Source of the DNA: Eledone cirrhosa
Taxonomy: Eukaryota
Assembly: GCA_964016885.1 (NCBI GenBank)
Contig: OZ024742.1
Span: 221,464,001 to 221,528,000, forward strand
DNA: 64,000 nucleotides
Direction: 5' to 3'
Shown piece after piece: positions 38,080 through 52,682 of the stretch (position 1 is the stretch's first letter; the number at the start of each line of letters is the position of its first letter). The notes beneath the pieces were generated by a model. That model was not told the DNA's origin. It worked only from the letters and a program-made list of their open reading frames with translations, and made no database searches. The translations under genes were made by a program, and so were the position numbers.

Positions 38080-41000
38080 GCTGGTGTCACAGTACAGTAG
38101 TAGTGTTGGTGTCACAGTACAGTAGTAGTGCTGGTGTCACAGTACAGTAGTAGTGTTGTTACCATAGTACAGTAGTAGTGCTGGTGTCACAGTACAGTGG
38201 TAGTGCTGGTGTCACAGTACAGTAGTAGTGCTGGTGTCACAGAACAGTGGTAGTGCTGGTGTCACAATACAGTAGTAGTGCTGGTGTCACAGTACAGTAG
38301 TAGTGCTGGGGTCACAGTACAGTAGTAGTGTTGGTGTCACAGTAAAGTAAGTAGTAGTGTTGGTGTCACAGTACAGTAGTAGTGTTGGTGTCACAGTACA
38401 GTAGTAGTGCTGGTGCCACAGTACAGTAGTAGTGTTGGTGTCACAGTATAGTAGTAGTGTTGGTTCCACAGTACAGGAGTAGTGTTGGTGCCACAGTACA
38501 GTAGTAGTGTTGGTGGCATAGTACAGTAGTAGTGTTGGTTCCACAGTACAGGAGTAGTGTTGGTGGCACAGTACAGTAGTAGTGTTGGTGTCACAGTACA
38601 GTAGTAGTGTTGGTGCCACAGTACAGTAGTAGTGCTGGTGCCACAGTATAGTAGTAGTGTTGGTGCCACAGTACAGTAGTAGTGTTGGTGGCACAGTATA
38701 GTAGTAGTGTTGGTTCCACAGTACAGGAGTAGTGTTGGTGTCACAGTACAGTAGTAGTGTTGGTGTCACAGTATAGTAGTAGTGTTGGTGCCACAGTACA
38801 GTAGTAGTGTTGGTGGCACAGTACAGTAGTAGTGTTGGTGTCACAGTACAGTAGTAGTGTTGGTGCCACAGTACAGTAGTAGTGTTGGTGTCACAGTATA
38901 GTAGTAGTGTTGGTGGCACAGTACAGGAGTAGTGTTGGTGCCACAGTACAGTAGTAGTGTTGGTGGCACAGTATAGTAGTAGTGTTGGTTCCACAGTACA
39001 GTAGTAGTGTTGGTGCCACAGTACAGTAGTAGTGTTGGTGGCACAGTATAGTAGTAGTGTTGGTTCCACAGTACAGGAGTAGTGTTGGTGCCACAGTACA
39101 GTAGTAGTGTTGGTGGCACAGTATAGTAGTAGTGTTGGTTCCACAGTACAGGAGTAGTGTTGGTGCCACAGTACAGTAGTAGTGTTGGTGGCACAGTACA
39201 GTAGTAGTGTTGGTGTCACAGTACAGTAGTAGTGTTGGTGTCACAGTACAGTAGTAGTGTTGGTGTCATAGTAAAGTAAGTAGTAGTGTTGGTGTCACAG
39301 TACAGTAGTAGTGCTGGTGTCACAGTACAGTAGTAGTGCTGGTGTCACAGTACAGTAGTAGTGTTGGTGTCACAGTACAGTAGTAGTGTTGTTACCATAG
39401 TACAGTAGTAGTGCTGGTGTCACAGTACAGTGGTAGTGCTGGTGTCACAGTACAGTAGTAGTGCTGGTGTCACAGAACAGTGGTAGTGCTGGTGTCACAA
39501 TACACTAGTAGTGCTGGTGTCACAGTACAGTAGTAGTGCTGGTGTCACAGTACAGTAGTAGTGTTGGTGTCACAGTAAAGTAAGTAGTAGTGTTGGTGTC
39601 ACAGTACAGTAGTAGTGTTGGTGTCACAGTAGAGTAGTAGTGTTGTTACCATAGTACAGTAGTAGTGCTGGTGTCACAGTACAGTGGTAGTGCTGGTGTC
39701 ACAGTACAGTAGTAGTGCTGGTGTCACAGAACAGTGGTAGTGCTGGTGTCACAATACAGTAGTAGTGCTGGTGTCACAGTACAGTAGTAGTGCTGGTGTC
39801 ACAGTACAGTAGTAGTGTTGGTGTCACAGTAAAGTAAGTAGTAGTGTTGGTGTCACAGTACAGTAGTAGTGTTGGTGTCACAGTACAGTAGTAGTGCTGG
39901 TGTCACAGTACAGTAGTAGTGTTGGTGTCACAGTATAGTAGTAGTGTTGGTGTCATAGTAAAGTAAGTAGTAGTGTTGGTGTCACAGTACAGTAGTAGTG
40001 CTGGTGTCACAGTACAGTAGTAGTGCTGGTGCCACAGTACAGTAGTAGTGTTGGTGTCACAGTATAGTAGTAGTGTTGGTGTCATAGTACAGTAGTAGTG
40101 CTGGTGTCACAGTACAGTGGTAGTGCTGGTGTCACAGTACAGTAGTAGTGCTGGTGTCACAGTACAGTAGTAGTGTTGGTGCCACAGTACAGTAGTAGTG
40201 TTGGTGTCACAGTACAGTAGTAGTACTGGTGCCACAGTACAGTAGTAGTGCTGGTCCCACAGTACAGTAGTAGTGTTGGTGCCACAGTACAGTGGTAGTG
40301 CTGGTGTCACAGTACAGTGGTAGTGCTGGTGCCACAGTACAGTAGTAGTGTTGGTGCCACAGTACAGTAGTAGTGCTGGTGCCACAGTACAGTAGTAGTG
40401 CTGGTGCCACAGTATAGTAGTAGTGCTGGTGCCACAGTATAGTAGTAGTGTTGGTGCCACAGTACAGTAGTAGTGCTGGTGCCACAGTACAGTAGTAGTG
40501 CTGGTGCCACAGTACAGTAGTAGTGTTGGTGTCACAGTACAGTAGTAGTGTTGGTGCCACAGTACAGTAGTAGTGCTGGTGCCACAGTACAGTAGTAGTG
40601 TTGGTGCCACAGTACAGTAGTAGTGTTGGTGCCACAGTACAGTAGTAGTGTTGGTGCCACAGTACAGTAGTAGTGCTGGTGTCACAGTACAGTGGTAGTG
40701 CTGGTGTCACAGTACAGTAGTAGTGTTGGTGCCACAGTACAGTAGTAGTGCTGGTGTCACAGTACAGTGGTAGTGCTGGTGTCACAGTACAGTAGTAGTG
40801 TTGGTGCCACAGTACAGTAGTAGTGCTGGTGTCACAGTACAGTAGTAGTGCTGGTGCCACAGTACAGTAGTAGTGTTGGTGTCACAGTACAGTAGTAGTG
40901 CTGGTGCCACAGTACAGTAGTAGTGTTGGTGCCACAGTACAGTAGTAGTGTTGGTGCCACAGTACAGTAGTAGTGTTGGTGTCACAGTACAGTAGTAGTG

Positions 41001-41489
41001 TTGGTGCCACAGTACAGTAGTAGTGTTGGTGCCACAGTACAGTAGTAGTGTTGGTGTCACAGTACAGTAGTAGTGTTGGTGTCACAGTACAGTAGTAGTG
41101 TTGGTGTCACAGTACAGTAGTAGTGCTGGTGCCACAGTACAGTAGTAGTGCTGGTGCCACAGTACAGTAGTAGTGTTGGTGTCACAGTACAGTAATAGTG
41201 TTGGTGCCACAGTACAGTAGTAGTGCTGGTGCCACAGTACAGTAGTAGTGCTGGTGCCACAGTACAGTAGTAGTGCTGGTGCCACAGTACAGTAGTAGTG
41301 CTGGTGTCACAGTACAGTAGTAGTGTTGGTGCCACAGTACAGTAGTAGTGTTGGTGCCACAGTACAGTAGTAGTGCTGGTGCCACAGTATAGTAGTAGTG
41401 CTGGTGCCACAGTATAGTAGTAGTGGTGGTGCCACAGTACAGCAGTAGTGCTGGTGCCACAGTACAGCAGTAGTGCTGGTGCCACAGTA
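38080..41489 (+). repeat. 25-bp minisatellite, about 136 copies
   Basis: Unit ggtg(t/c)cacagtacagtagtagtg(c/t)t. Confidence 0.97.
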
Positions 41490-41690
41490 AAGTGCCAACA
41501 CTGCAAAATGGTAGTGCTAGTGTCAAGGTAAAAGCACCCAGTCCACTCTGTAAAGTGCTGTAGCTGGTGTCATTATAAAAGCACCCAGTCCACTCTGTAA
41601 AGTGGTATAGCTGATGCCATGATAAAAGCATCCAGCCCACTCTGTAAAGTGGTGTTGCTGATGCCATGATAAAAGCACCCAGCCCACTGT
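41490..41690 (+). repeat. About 44-bp tandem units of the RTE-tail type
   Basis: gtgccatgataaaagcacccagtccactctgtaaagtggt repeated about four times. Confidence 0.75.
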
Positions 41691-42109
41691 GTGGTTAAGA
41701 ATTTCACTTCACAATCATGAGGTCCCAGGATGTGATCCCACTATGTGGCAGCTTGGGCAATTCTCTTTACCACAGCTTCAGGTTTACTCAAGTTTTATGA
41801 GTTGAAAATCTGTAGACAGAAACTACTTGGAAGCTCTTTCAGATTGACTGTACCAGTAGTTCAAAGATCCAACCCTGTCACACACTGTGTCTTGCAGATT
41901 CAGCTTGGGGAATTATATTAAGTGTATATATATGTTTGTGGAATACTCAACCACTTAGATGTTAATCTATGAGTTGGATTTTCACTTGATTTAACAAGTG
42001 GATACACATCAATGAAACTGGCAGAGCATCCATTACTGTTATCAGGTGAGGAAGATAGAAGATAATCCAGTACATTGTGGTTAGTAACATGAGACAGTGA
42101 CTACTACTA

Positions 42110-42560
42110 CAAATGCTTTAAAGCCATGTTTCCTACAAAAACAGGGGTTAGCCTTGAAGGCACCATGACAAGCTTCTCAATTTTGCCCCAACTCTGTATC
42201 ATCCCAGCATCAGGCTTTTCTTTCCTTCTCCATTATCTTTAGCCCTGTCTTTCATTATCTCCTCTTCCTCTAACTCTTTCCACATTCCTTTCCATCACTC
42301 CTCTCATCCAGTCATTTTCATCCCTCCTCAACACATGACCCAGCCATCTTATTCTAATTCTCTTAACATCTTCTGCACTTCATTTTTTTGTCTTTTTCTC
42401 TCCTCTCTCAGTGATACTTTCCATTTCCATTCTCTCCAACCTTCTCCACTGCTCCACAATCACCATGTCTCACTCCCATAAAATATTGCCACTTCAAGCA
42501 CAATTTGAACCAAAGACCATTCAAACCACTCAGTCAACACTTTAGCCAATCACCAATTGT
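42110..42560 (-). mobile_element. Old RTE-type 3' fragment
   Basis: RIRWLGHVLRRDENDWMR on the minus strand. Confidence 0.6.
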
Positions 42561-42726
42561 GATATCAATTATTCTTTACTGGTTTCAGTAATTGGATCGT
42601 GGTCATACTGGGGCATTGCTTTAAAGTAGATCATATGAAACCCAGTTTTTACTTTTTGAAAATTTTGTAATTAATTTAGTGATTAATTTTCTTGAACTGC
42701 TAAGTTACAGCACATACTCACACACA

Positions 42727-42806
<80 letters not shown>

Positions 42807-43462
42807 ATTAGCCAGCTGTATCAATGAACTTGAGTAGCTGCCAACCAAAATGTATATAATAAATACAACTCTACAACATGTATGAGGTCACTTCATTAGT
42901 AAATGTTTGTTGTCATTTATACACTTATAAATTTACAATCCAGCATCAATATATAAATATGTTCTTGTCTGATGACCCTGTGATAAGCAGGCCAAACTCC
43001 AGAGTAACATGACTCACTGTAAAGTGGGTGTGTATGTGTCACAACAATAAGCACCCAGCACACACTGTAAATGTGGTTGGCATTAGGAAGGGCATCCACT
43101 GTAGAAAACAAGCCAAAATCAGTTCCATGTGTGTGAATCAAGGGCCTCTGGCCTGATCACTCACAAAGGGACTGCCCATCCTACCCATGCTAACATGGGA
43201 AATGGATTTTAAATGATGATGATGATGATATATATATATATTTGTCTTGCAAGGTTTTGATATGAAATCGTGTGTCGAAACAAATATTGCTATACTTGAG
43301 GAGGGTCATATTGTTATAATATTGCCAGAAATAATAACAGAACACACTCAGTGTTTGGTTGGTTTTCGCTTCTGTATCTTTTATATCTCCATAGTAAACT
43401 TATTTGGCAATCAATGTTTATCATTGATTGACCAGCGGTTAAAAATACAGATATAAATATAT

Positions 43463-44889
43463 AAAGATATGAAGACGGGTAAGGCGGCTGGACCTTCGGA
43501 AATAGTTGCTGAGATACTGAAAGCCTCTGGAATGGTGGGACACACCATGGTCACCCGGATAGTAAACGAAGTCATACAGAATGGGGTTGTTCCGAAGAAC
43601 TGGCGTAGCAGCATCATCATTAACTGTTACAAGGGGAAAGGAGATGCCCTAGATAGGAGTAACTATAGAGGCATTAAATTAATCGACCAGGTCATGAAGG
43701 TCACGGAAAAAGTAATAGTGCAACTAATCTGAGAGAGAATTGATCTAGATGAAATGCAGTTCGGGTTTGTGTCAGGCAAAAGTACCACAGATGCTCTTTT
43801 CATTGTACGACAACTACAGGAGAAGTACCTAGCTAAAAGTAAACTCCTATACTTAGCTTTTGTCGACTTGGAGAAGGCCTTCGACAGAGTCCCCCGTTCC
43901 ATTATCTGGTGGGCTCTTAGAAAACTAGGTGTTGATGAATGGCTTGTGAGAGCTATACAAGCCATGTATAAAGAAACAGTCAGCAAGTTTAGAATTAACA
44001 ACGAATATAGTGAAGAGTTTAGCGTAAAAGTTGGTGTTCATCAGGGCTCTGTTCTTAGCCCCCTACTATTTATTATTGCCCTTCAGGCTATAACAGTGGA
44101 GTTCAAGACCGGCTGCCCTTGGGAACTCCTATACGCAGATGATCTAATGCTCATAGCTGAATCAATGGCCGAGCTAGAGAAGAAATTCCAAACATGGAAG
44201 CACGGCCTAGAATCAAAAGGCCTTAAAATTAACCTGGCTAAGACTAAAGTTCTAGTTTGTAGGAAAGAAAATAAGGCGCCGGTCCCTTCCGGGAAATGGC
44301 CATGCTCAGTGTGTAGGAAAGGCGTAGGTAGAAACTCCATTTTATGTCCCAAATGCAAAGTATGGGTGCATAAAAGATGTAGTGGGATCACAGGTAAGCT
44401 AACTAAGAACATAGATTTTACATGTGGCTGGTGCTCTGGTGCAATAAGTAGCAGCAAGTGCCCAAAAAATACTAGCTCTTTCAATTGCGCAGAGGGTTCT
44501 ATAGAAATAGTGGACAGCTTCCGTTACCTGGGTGACAAAATCAGCAGTGGGGGAGGGTGCTCTGAAAGTACAGTAGCTAGAGTCAGAACTGGATGGAAAA
44601 AGTTCAGAGAGCTTATACCACTATTAGCCGCTAAAGAGTTCTCCCTAAAAATGAAAGGCAGGCTGTATGATGCCTGCATACGAACAGCAATGTTGCATGG
44701 CAGTGAGACCTGGGCATTGTGTGCAGAGGATATACGCAGACTAGAGAGGAATGAAGCTTGCATGCTCCGCTGGATGTGTAATAGTAATATACGCAAACGG
44801 CAAAGCATAAACGAACTAAGGGAAAAATTAGAAATAAGAGGGATCAGATGTTGTTTACTCGAGAGAAGCATGGAACACGGACGTTAAAC

Positions 44890-44920
<31 letters not shown>
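43463..44920 (+). mobile_element. 5'-truncated RTE with an internal 3' deletion
   Basis: RT from MKTGKAAGPS with a stop at 43730-43732; jumps from LLER straight to gcatggaacacggacgttaaac(gat)n. Confidence 0.92.
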
Positions 44921-44922
<2 letters not shown>

Positions 44923-44929
44923 ATATATA

Positions 44930-45736
44930 TATGCCTGCATACGAACAGCAATGTTGCATGGCAGTGAGACCTGGGCATTGTGTGCAGAGGATATACGCAG
45001 ACTAGAGAGAAACGAAGCTTGCATGCTCCGCTGGATGTGTAATAGTAATATACGTGAACGACAAAGCATAAACGAACTAAGGAAAAAATTAGAAATAAGA
45101 GGGATCAGATGTTGTTTACTAGAGAGAAGGCTACGTTGGTATGGTCACGTGATGCGCATGAAGGACGATAGCTGTATAACAAAGTGTAGGGCAATAAAGA
45201 TAGACGGTAGCCACGGAATAGGCAGACCCAGAAAAACCTGGGACGAGCTGATAAACTCCGACCTCACACACTTACACCTCACCAAGACAATGTCACTGGA
45301 CCGAGACCTTTGGCCGTACTCAGTAATAGAGAAGACCCGCCTTACCTAAATACAAAGTAAAACCTACTACAGTCAGTAGGCATCTCTAACAAAATACACC
45401 CCCGTCCCACCACCCCCACCCCATCCACACCGCCCCCTTCTATGTAAAGTTATGTTGGTGCCACACCATCCAGGCCGAAACAAATGAGATCGTGTAGGTG
45501 TCACGACAAAAAAACACACAGTTCACGCTGTAATGTGGCCGTGTAGGCAACACGGTAAAAACCTCCCAGGCCCACACTGTAAATGTGGTTGGTGTTAGGA
45601 AGGGCATCCAACTGTAGAAAACCTGCCAGACAGTCCTATGCGAGCAAGACAATCACTCTTGCCTCAAGTGGGAAAACCCCCGTCCAAACCCATGCAAGCG
45701 TGGAACACGGACGTTAAACGATGATGATGATGATGA

Positions 45737-45740
<4 letters not shown>
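44930..45740 (+). mobile_element. 5'-truncated RTE in tandem behind the previous copy
   Basis: ACIRTAMLHG...EKTRLT, complete 3' UTR and (GAT)n tail. Confidence 0.92.
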
Positions 45741-45776
<36 letters not shown>

Positions 45777-45919
45777 GAATGGTATAGAAAGTATTGTAGC
45801 AAGAAGCCAACAGTATTCCATAATATATAAGTGACTATAGCGTCAAAATGGGAAAATAGTTAACGTAAGATGTGGGAAAAATAATTCAAACTCAATTCAA
45901 AAAGAATCAGGATATAGAT

Positions 45920-46704
45920 TTATCCAGCCATGTTTGATATGTAAAAAAGCAAGGAGCTGGCATAAATTCTATAAGATGTACACAATGCAGATCTTGGGTA
46001 CATAAGAGATGTAGTGGGTAAATTAACATGTAGGGAAAACTACATATACAGTAGATGCACAGGGAAATTTGACAGTAGAAGTCGCAGTGATAGACACATT
46101 TTTGAAATGCAGGAAGGTTCTATAGAAATGGTTGATAGCTTCCGGTACCTAGGTGATCAGATTAGCAAGGGAGCGGGGTGCTCAGAGGCCATAGTATCTA
46201 GAATAAGGACAAGTTGGAAGAAGTTTAGGGAGCTGCTTCCTCTGTTGACAAAGGGATTCTCCCTGTGTATGAAAGGCCGGTTATATGATGCCTGTGTGAG
46301 ATGCGCGATGTTGCATGGTAGTGAGACATGGGCAGCAACTGCAGAGGATATGCGACGGCTGGAGAGAAATGAAGCAAGCATGGTCCGTTGGATGTGCAAT
46401 GTCAATGTGCATGAACGACCAAGCATAGATGAGTTGAGAGAGAAACTGTGTATAAGAGGGATAAGTTGTAGTGTGCGGGAGAGAAGACTATGATGGTATA
46501 GTCATGTGATGCACAGTAGAAGGAAGACGCAGTAGAGGAAGACCACGAAAAACATGGGCGGAGGTGGTGAGCGCAGACCTCAGATCGCTGAAGCTCACGG
46601 TGGAGATGACAAAGGACCATGACAAGTGGAGAGATGTTGTGCTGAATAGGACTCGTCCCACCCTTGCAAGCAGGGAAAAGCGGACGTAAAATGATGATGA
46701 TGAT
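45920..46704 (+). mobile_element. RTE fragment, second subfamily
   Basis: INSIRCTQCRSWVHKRC, FRYLGD and MLHGSETW motifs; (GAT)n tail. Confidence 0.85.
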
Positions 46705-49700
46705 ATATATATATATATTGTAAAGTGGTCATTTTGGTGTCACAACAAAAAGCATCCAGCCCACACTGTAAATGTGGTTGGCATTAGGAAGGGCATCCAA
46801 ACATAGAAACCAAGCCAGAAACACTCTGACCCGATTTACCTCAAACCTGTCTAACCGATGCTAGCATGGAAAATAGACATTAAATGATGATAATGATGAT
46901 ATATATCTTACAAAAAGTCTAACAGATATCACAATTGGTGATTGACTATTTGGTTTCAAGAGTCATTGTATTTATGATAAGATAGAAGTAGCCATCCAGT
47001 AGTGTATCCAGAATGCAAATAGTTAACAGTTTAACCAATCAGCAGTTGGTGTGTGGTCTCTATTAACCCTTTAGCATTTATATTACTCTCTATATACTAT
47101 TGTATTTTTGTGATAAGGGCTTTATCTCACATAATTATTAACATAATATTGACTCTATGAGATTTTGATGTTATTTATTTTGAGAACAATACAGTAACAT
47201 CAATATGAACAGAAAGAAGTGAGAACATTCTGGCCGGATACAACTGCTTTAAATGCTAAAGGATTAACCAATCAGCAATAGAGGTGTGGTATCTATTAAA
47301 GACCTCATGTTGATTTGACATAGGGAAATGGTTGGCCCTCTGACCAGATATTCTGGCTGTCTGTTACTTAGTTTCACATTAAAAGATTAACTTTTGCTTT
47401 TTATTTTTTGTTAGATTTAAGCTGATAGAAAATATAAATTTTTAATAGCTGCTAATATTGCCTAATATGTAAAGTTGTTGATTTATGACAATAGTTTTAA
47501 CATAGGTTTGACATTCTGCTTTTACTACGAACACACATTTCATTATCATCATCATTGCTATCTCAATTGACATTGTCAAAAGCATCATTGTTATCGTCAT
47601 AATCATTGTCACCTATATAACCATCACCACTGCCATCAACATCATTGTTATAATCATTATTGCCACCATCATCATATTCATTTCTATGCCTGATATCCAA
47701 GTTGGCATGGTATGAAAATTTTTCGAGGCAGATTTTTACAGTAAGATGTCCTTCCTGACACAAATATTTTTACATATGGTAGTAATCTTCACACATTGAA
47801 ATGCCAAATATTATATCATTTGTGTGTGTGTCTGATACACATTGACTGCCCAGTCTGCATTGTAGAGTTGTTGTGTTGGTGTCATGACAAAAAGTGTCAT
47901 TATGGTGCCATGATAAAAAGCACCCAGTCCACACTGTAAATGTGGTTGGCATTAGGAAGGGCATCCAGCCATAGACACCAAGTCAGAAACAGTTCTGTAT
48001 GAGCAAGACATGGTCACCTGATCTGACTTGTCTCAAACAGGACAACCCATTTAACCCATGCTACGAAGAAAATAGACATTAAACGAGGATGTGGATGATC
48101 CCGACCCCCTGTGGGTATCCAGTTTAAAATAAGTACACTGTATGTCAGTAGATTACAACAGGCACATCAAGAAAATCATCTTGTAAAAGATTTCCACTAA
48201 AGACTCCATGATCAGTATGAAGCCACAAGATTATCCCTTGCTTTACGCAGGAAAATATACTTAAAATGCTTGTTATTCTATGTGTGTATATATATCATTA
48301 TCATCATCACCATTTAACCTGTTGACTGCTGCATATATTTTACACAGCTACAGTTGCTGTGCTGTTTTTTTCTTTTTCAGTAAAATGACTATTTTTTTTA
48401 AACAAACATTTATTAACAACATATATCTGAATGATTGACAAACGTTACATCAATAAACTAGTAACCCCATCTAGCTTTGAAGTTATGAGTTCAAACATGT
48501 TAGGATGAGTTATCTCGTCTACGGCATTGGAGAGGTTAATGTCTATTTTTGGACCACATGCATAAATATTAGAGAATCTATCATATATGTGTATGTGTGT
48601 GTCTGTGTGAATAGTCGAAATAAGAAATTAAAGAAGATTAAAGTTTAAATAATTTATGAAAGAACATTATATGATATGTATGAGTTCAAATCCTGCTGAG
48701 GTTAACTTTGCCTTTCATCCTTACGGGGTCGATAAAATAAAGTACCAGTAATACACTGGGTAATTGCTGGCCTTGTGCCTAACGTAGAAACAATTATATG
48801 ATATGTATAGATCATCATCATCATGGTCTATAATGTCTGCTTTTCCATGTTGGCATGGGTTGGATGGGTGTCACAAATCAAGTCAGTTCTTAATCCGAGT
48901 TACTGTACTTCCAGACATACTGGGTGTCCTATCTGGCTTATATATGCTTGGGTTTTGGCAAGGTTTCTATATCTAGATGCCTTGCCTAACATCAATCACT
49001 TTACAGAGTGTACTGGGTGCATTTTATCATGGCTTTAACACTAGGGAGGTTGTTGATTATGATCATTAACTTGGCTGAAGAGCCTTCTCTAACATATGGG
49101 AGAGGGATGGGGATTTAGGATACCTTGTTTAGTCTTAGTTACCAGCCTGGCCAAAACCAGCTCTGATTCTATGAAATAAAACCACCTATTTCAAAGGTTT
49201 CTAATTTAAATTAAAACCTTCCAACATGATTTTATATAAGAACCTTATATTGAGTTACTATCTTAGTAATGAAATAATTAATAATTTTAGTAAATTCATC
49301 AAAATTCGTAATTAATTAATTAAAATAGTGTATTTCATTTGAAATACGGTCATGAAGGGGTTAGAGGGTAAAGATAGAAGGGAGATAAGACGGATGTCAA
49401 GTTATATTATGGATGCATGACATGTGGTGGGATTTAACAGGGTAATATAAGGGAGAAAGGAGGAGGATTGAGTGGAGGAGTATAGTGATGATTTGAGGTA
49501 GGGTCGTGTATAGACAAGCCAAAGGTCACATTTGTTACATGTTTGTGGCTTGTTATATAGGATGGAGGGGGGGGGGGGTAGCTATGATGAAAATAGTTAT
49601 GAAATAGTGAAGGTGGGGTGTTGGGTACAGACAGGCCATGTCCCATCTGCTAAATGGTTGTGACACAGGGGCTATGTCAGATGAGGAGAAGAGAGGTCTA

Positions 49701-49749
49701 GCAGATAGTATAGCAGAAATGGAGGGGTTAATAGGGGCATTTGTGTCTT

Positions 49750-50400
49750 GGTTTATCTTGGCAGGCAGGTCTTCTCTGGTACTGTGTAGCACCAATCATT
49801 GTAGTCTTTTGTCATCTCTGTTGTGAGGTTCAGCTTCTTAAGATCAGTCTTCCCTACTTCATCCCAAGTCTTCCTTGGTCTACGCTTTCCACAGGTGCCA
49901 GCCCCTGAGATTTCTCTGTAATTCTTTATATCTCTATCATCTTCCATATGTATCACATACCTATACCATTATAGTCTCTTTCACACTACATCAGGTTCCT
50001 CTTATGTAAAGTTTTACTCTCAGTTCACTTTTGCTGTCATCCATGCAGACTAACATTATGTATCCTTTTGAGCATACTCACTACATTTCTTTCATGTCTT
50101 CACCTGTTTTCTGCAGTCAAGGTCCATGCCTCACTGTCGTAGCTTAATGGTTTACACACAGGCATCAGTGTACCCTTCGCACTGAGAGAAGCACTTTGTT
50201 GTTAGCAGAGGTAGTAACTTCTTAAACTTCTTCCAGCTCATTCTTAATCTAGCTACTATACTCTCTGAGCACTGTCCCCCATTAGGTCACTTGGGTAACA
50301 AAAGCTATAAACAACTTCAAGGAAGCTGACTGGGCAATTAAGGGAATCTTAGTGCTTATTTCACCTGTACATTTAATGTATACTAAGTCTACCTTCTCTG
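49750..50400 (-). mobile_element. Old degenerate RTE 3' region
   Basis: RRPRKTWDEV..DLKKL and SIVARLRMSWKKF remnants. Confidence 0.7.
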
Positions 50401-51347
50401 TTATATGTGTGTGTATATAATAGGAAAGGAAGCTGTCACTCTAAATGAATATAACTGAGCAGAGAAGACATGGGCTCCATAAGTGACTGCAAAGGCAAAC
50501 AATCTGTCTAAGAGAGCAGTCATTTTGAATAAGAACTGATACAAGGTGGAGAAAAACCCTAAGTCCTGTTAGACAACCTCTCTAATGTTGATGGCATGAG
50601 AAAATACACCCAGTCCATGCTGTAATGTAGTTAATGATAGAAAGAGCCTCTAGCTAGAAAAAAAAACCTGCCAAAAATTGTCATCATCATCATCATCATC
50701 ATCCAACCAATGCAAGCATGGAAAAGCGGACATAAAACGTTGATACACACACACATATATATATATATAACATCAGCTGAAAATGCACAGTTACATAAGA
50801 TGGACAGCTGAATCTGTACCTCGTCAGCCATAGAAAACCTGTCAAATAAAGGGTCGGGAGGAATGTTCAACTCCCTAGTGCTGGTGTCATGATAAAATGC
50901 ACACAGTAGTGTGTGGGATCCTATGTGAGTGAGTTTTGTGTTGTTAGGGCGCCTGAGCACCCAACAGAGTGTGGGAATGCATGTAAGAGAGATGCAGGCT
51001 CCTGGGCCATTCATGGGGTTAGTACCTACACTTGAGTACCAGGTCTGCTGATGACCCATCCAAGTCATGCAACCTGGGAAAGTAGATGTTAAACGATGAT
51101 GATGATAATGATATAACATCATCACTATCTAACGTCTTTTTTATGTTTGAATCGGTTAGACGGCTGTCACATGTTCAGGTCTGACTGGTCAGGTGACTAG
51201 GTCCTGCTCATAAGCTTTGTTTTGGCTTGGTTATATATATATGTATATCCTGAGATGGATGGGCTCCACCAGGTTTAAAATGCCAAGAAACGACTTATGC
51301 CACCACGGCACCCCTACGACTCCATCAGGAGTTACGAGACCATACTA

Positions 51348-51381
<34 letters not shown>

Positions 51382-52651
51382 GCACACACATAGACATCAT
51401 TCTGAGTGCAAACCAAATTACTAAATAACACAAGGAATCAAACTGGCAGATGTATTCCGAAGTATAGTAGAGTGGTTTGTTTTGTTTTGTTTCCGATATG
51501 AAATATATTAATATATGGAGGAGGAAACAGCTGATATGACACGCCTCCTTTGTAAAGAAAACGTCTCGGCTTTATTAATATGTCTGAAAAATACATAACT
51601 TATATCTATATATCTATGAATTCATTATTTTTATTTAGTTACTATACTTTCTCGTCGTCTGTATTTAATTATCGTCGACCAATAATAATGGAATTAAATG
51701 AAGTAACTAGTTATAATAATTATTATCCTGCTGAGGTTAGGTTTGCCTTTCATCCTTAAGGTGTCGAAAAAATAAAGCACCAGCCATGCACAGGGATCAA
51801 TTTAATCGACTTTTCCCTCCCCCAAAATTGCTGGCCTTGTGCCTATATAAGAAACCATTATTATCATCATCATCATCATGCCAGTTACGCTGATTAGCAG
51901 TATATGTAAACATTGAACATCGTCACCAATGTTTCGAGAGAAAATAACAACAATGAGTGTACAGAACCTATAGTAGTAATTAACATTTAACTTGTGACAA
52001 AAAACTACAAACTTGTCAGTATTTTGAGTGAGAGATTGAGGGATGTTTGAGATGTAATTTAGTTGAAGAAAGAGAAAGCGGACGGACGGACACACACACA
52101 CACATCTATATATAAAGCAGGTGTGTGGTTCGGTTGTTGAGGACGGTATCATCACATTTTCTATCATGTTTAGCTTGAATGGGCGCAAGAATGAGTACTC
52201 TCTACCGTAGGAGAGTTTAATAATTTCATTAAGGTCGAGTTAGTGTACTGTTTGCTACTCTGGAGTTTCGCCTGAGTACACAGGGTCACCAGAATCTCAA
52301 TGGAAGGCCCTTTCCGTTGCAACTAGCCACCAAGCTCGTTCGGTTCGAAACTAATTGAGATTATACCGTATTTATTATGTACCTAAACATGCCTTGAGTA
52401 CTAACAACCTTGATTTGTGGGCTACAAGCAACCACCCCGAGAAAACGAAACTTATTCGTTTCAATAATTCAAAAAAATCAAGTTATTAAAAAAAACATTA
52501 CTCTATTATTATGTTTCATTTCAAAATAGGCACTCAATCGGCATGATCATCTATATGTGTGTGTGCAGCGATTATGCAAACAAATAGGTGTTGTCGGACA
52601 CGTTTGTTGTCATTTATATAGCTTTAAATCTACCACTCAACATCAATACAA

Positions 52652-52682
<31 letters not shown>

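Noticed and set aside
38287-41667. Long repetitive ORFs (TPTLLLYC...)
   Set aside because: Translations of the 25-bp minisatellite that read alike in all three frames
43290-43345. Hammerhead-like TTGAGGA...GAAATAATA
   Set aside because: C3 is missing and stem I does not pair convincingly; at best a dead remnant
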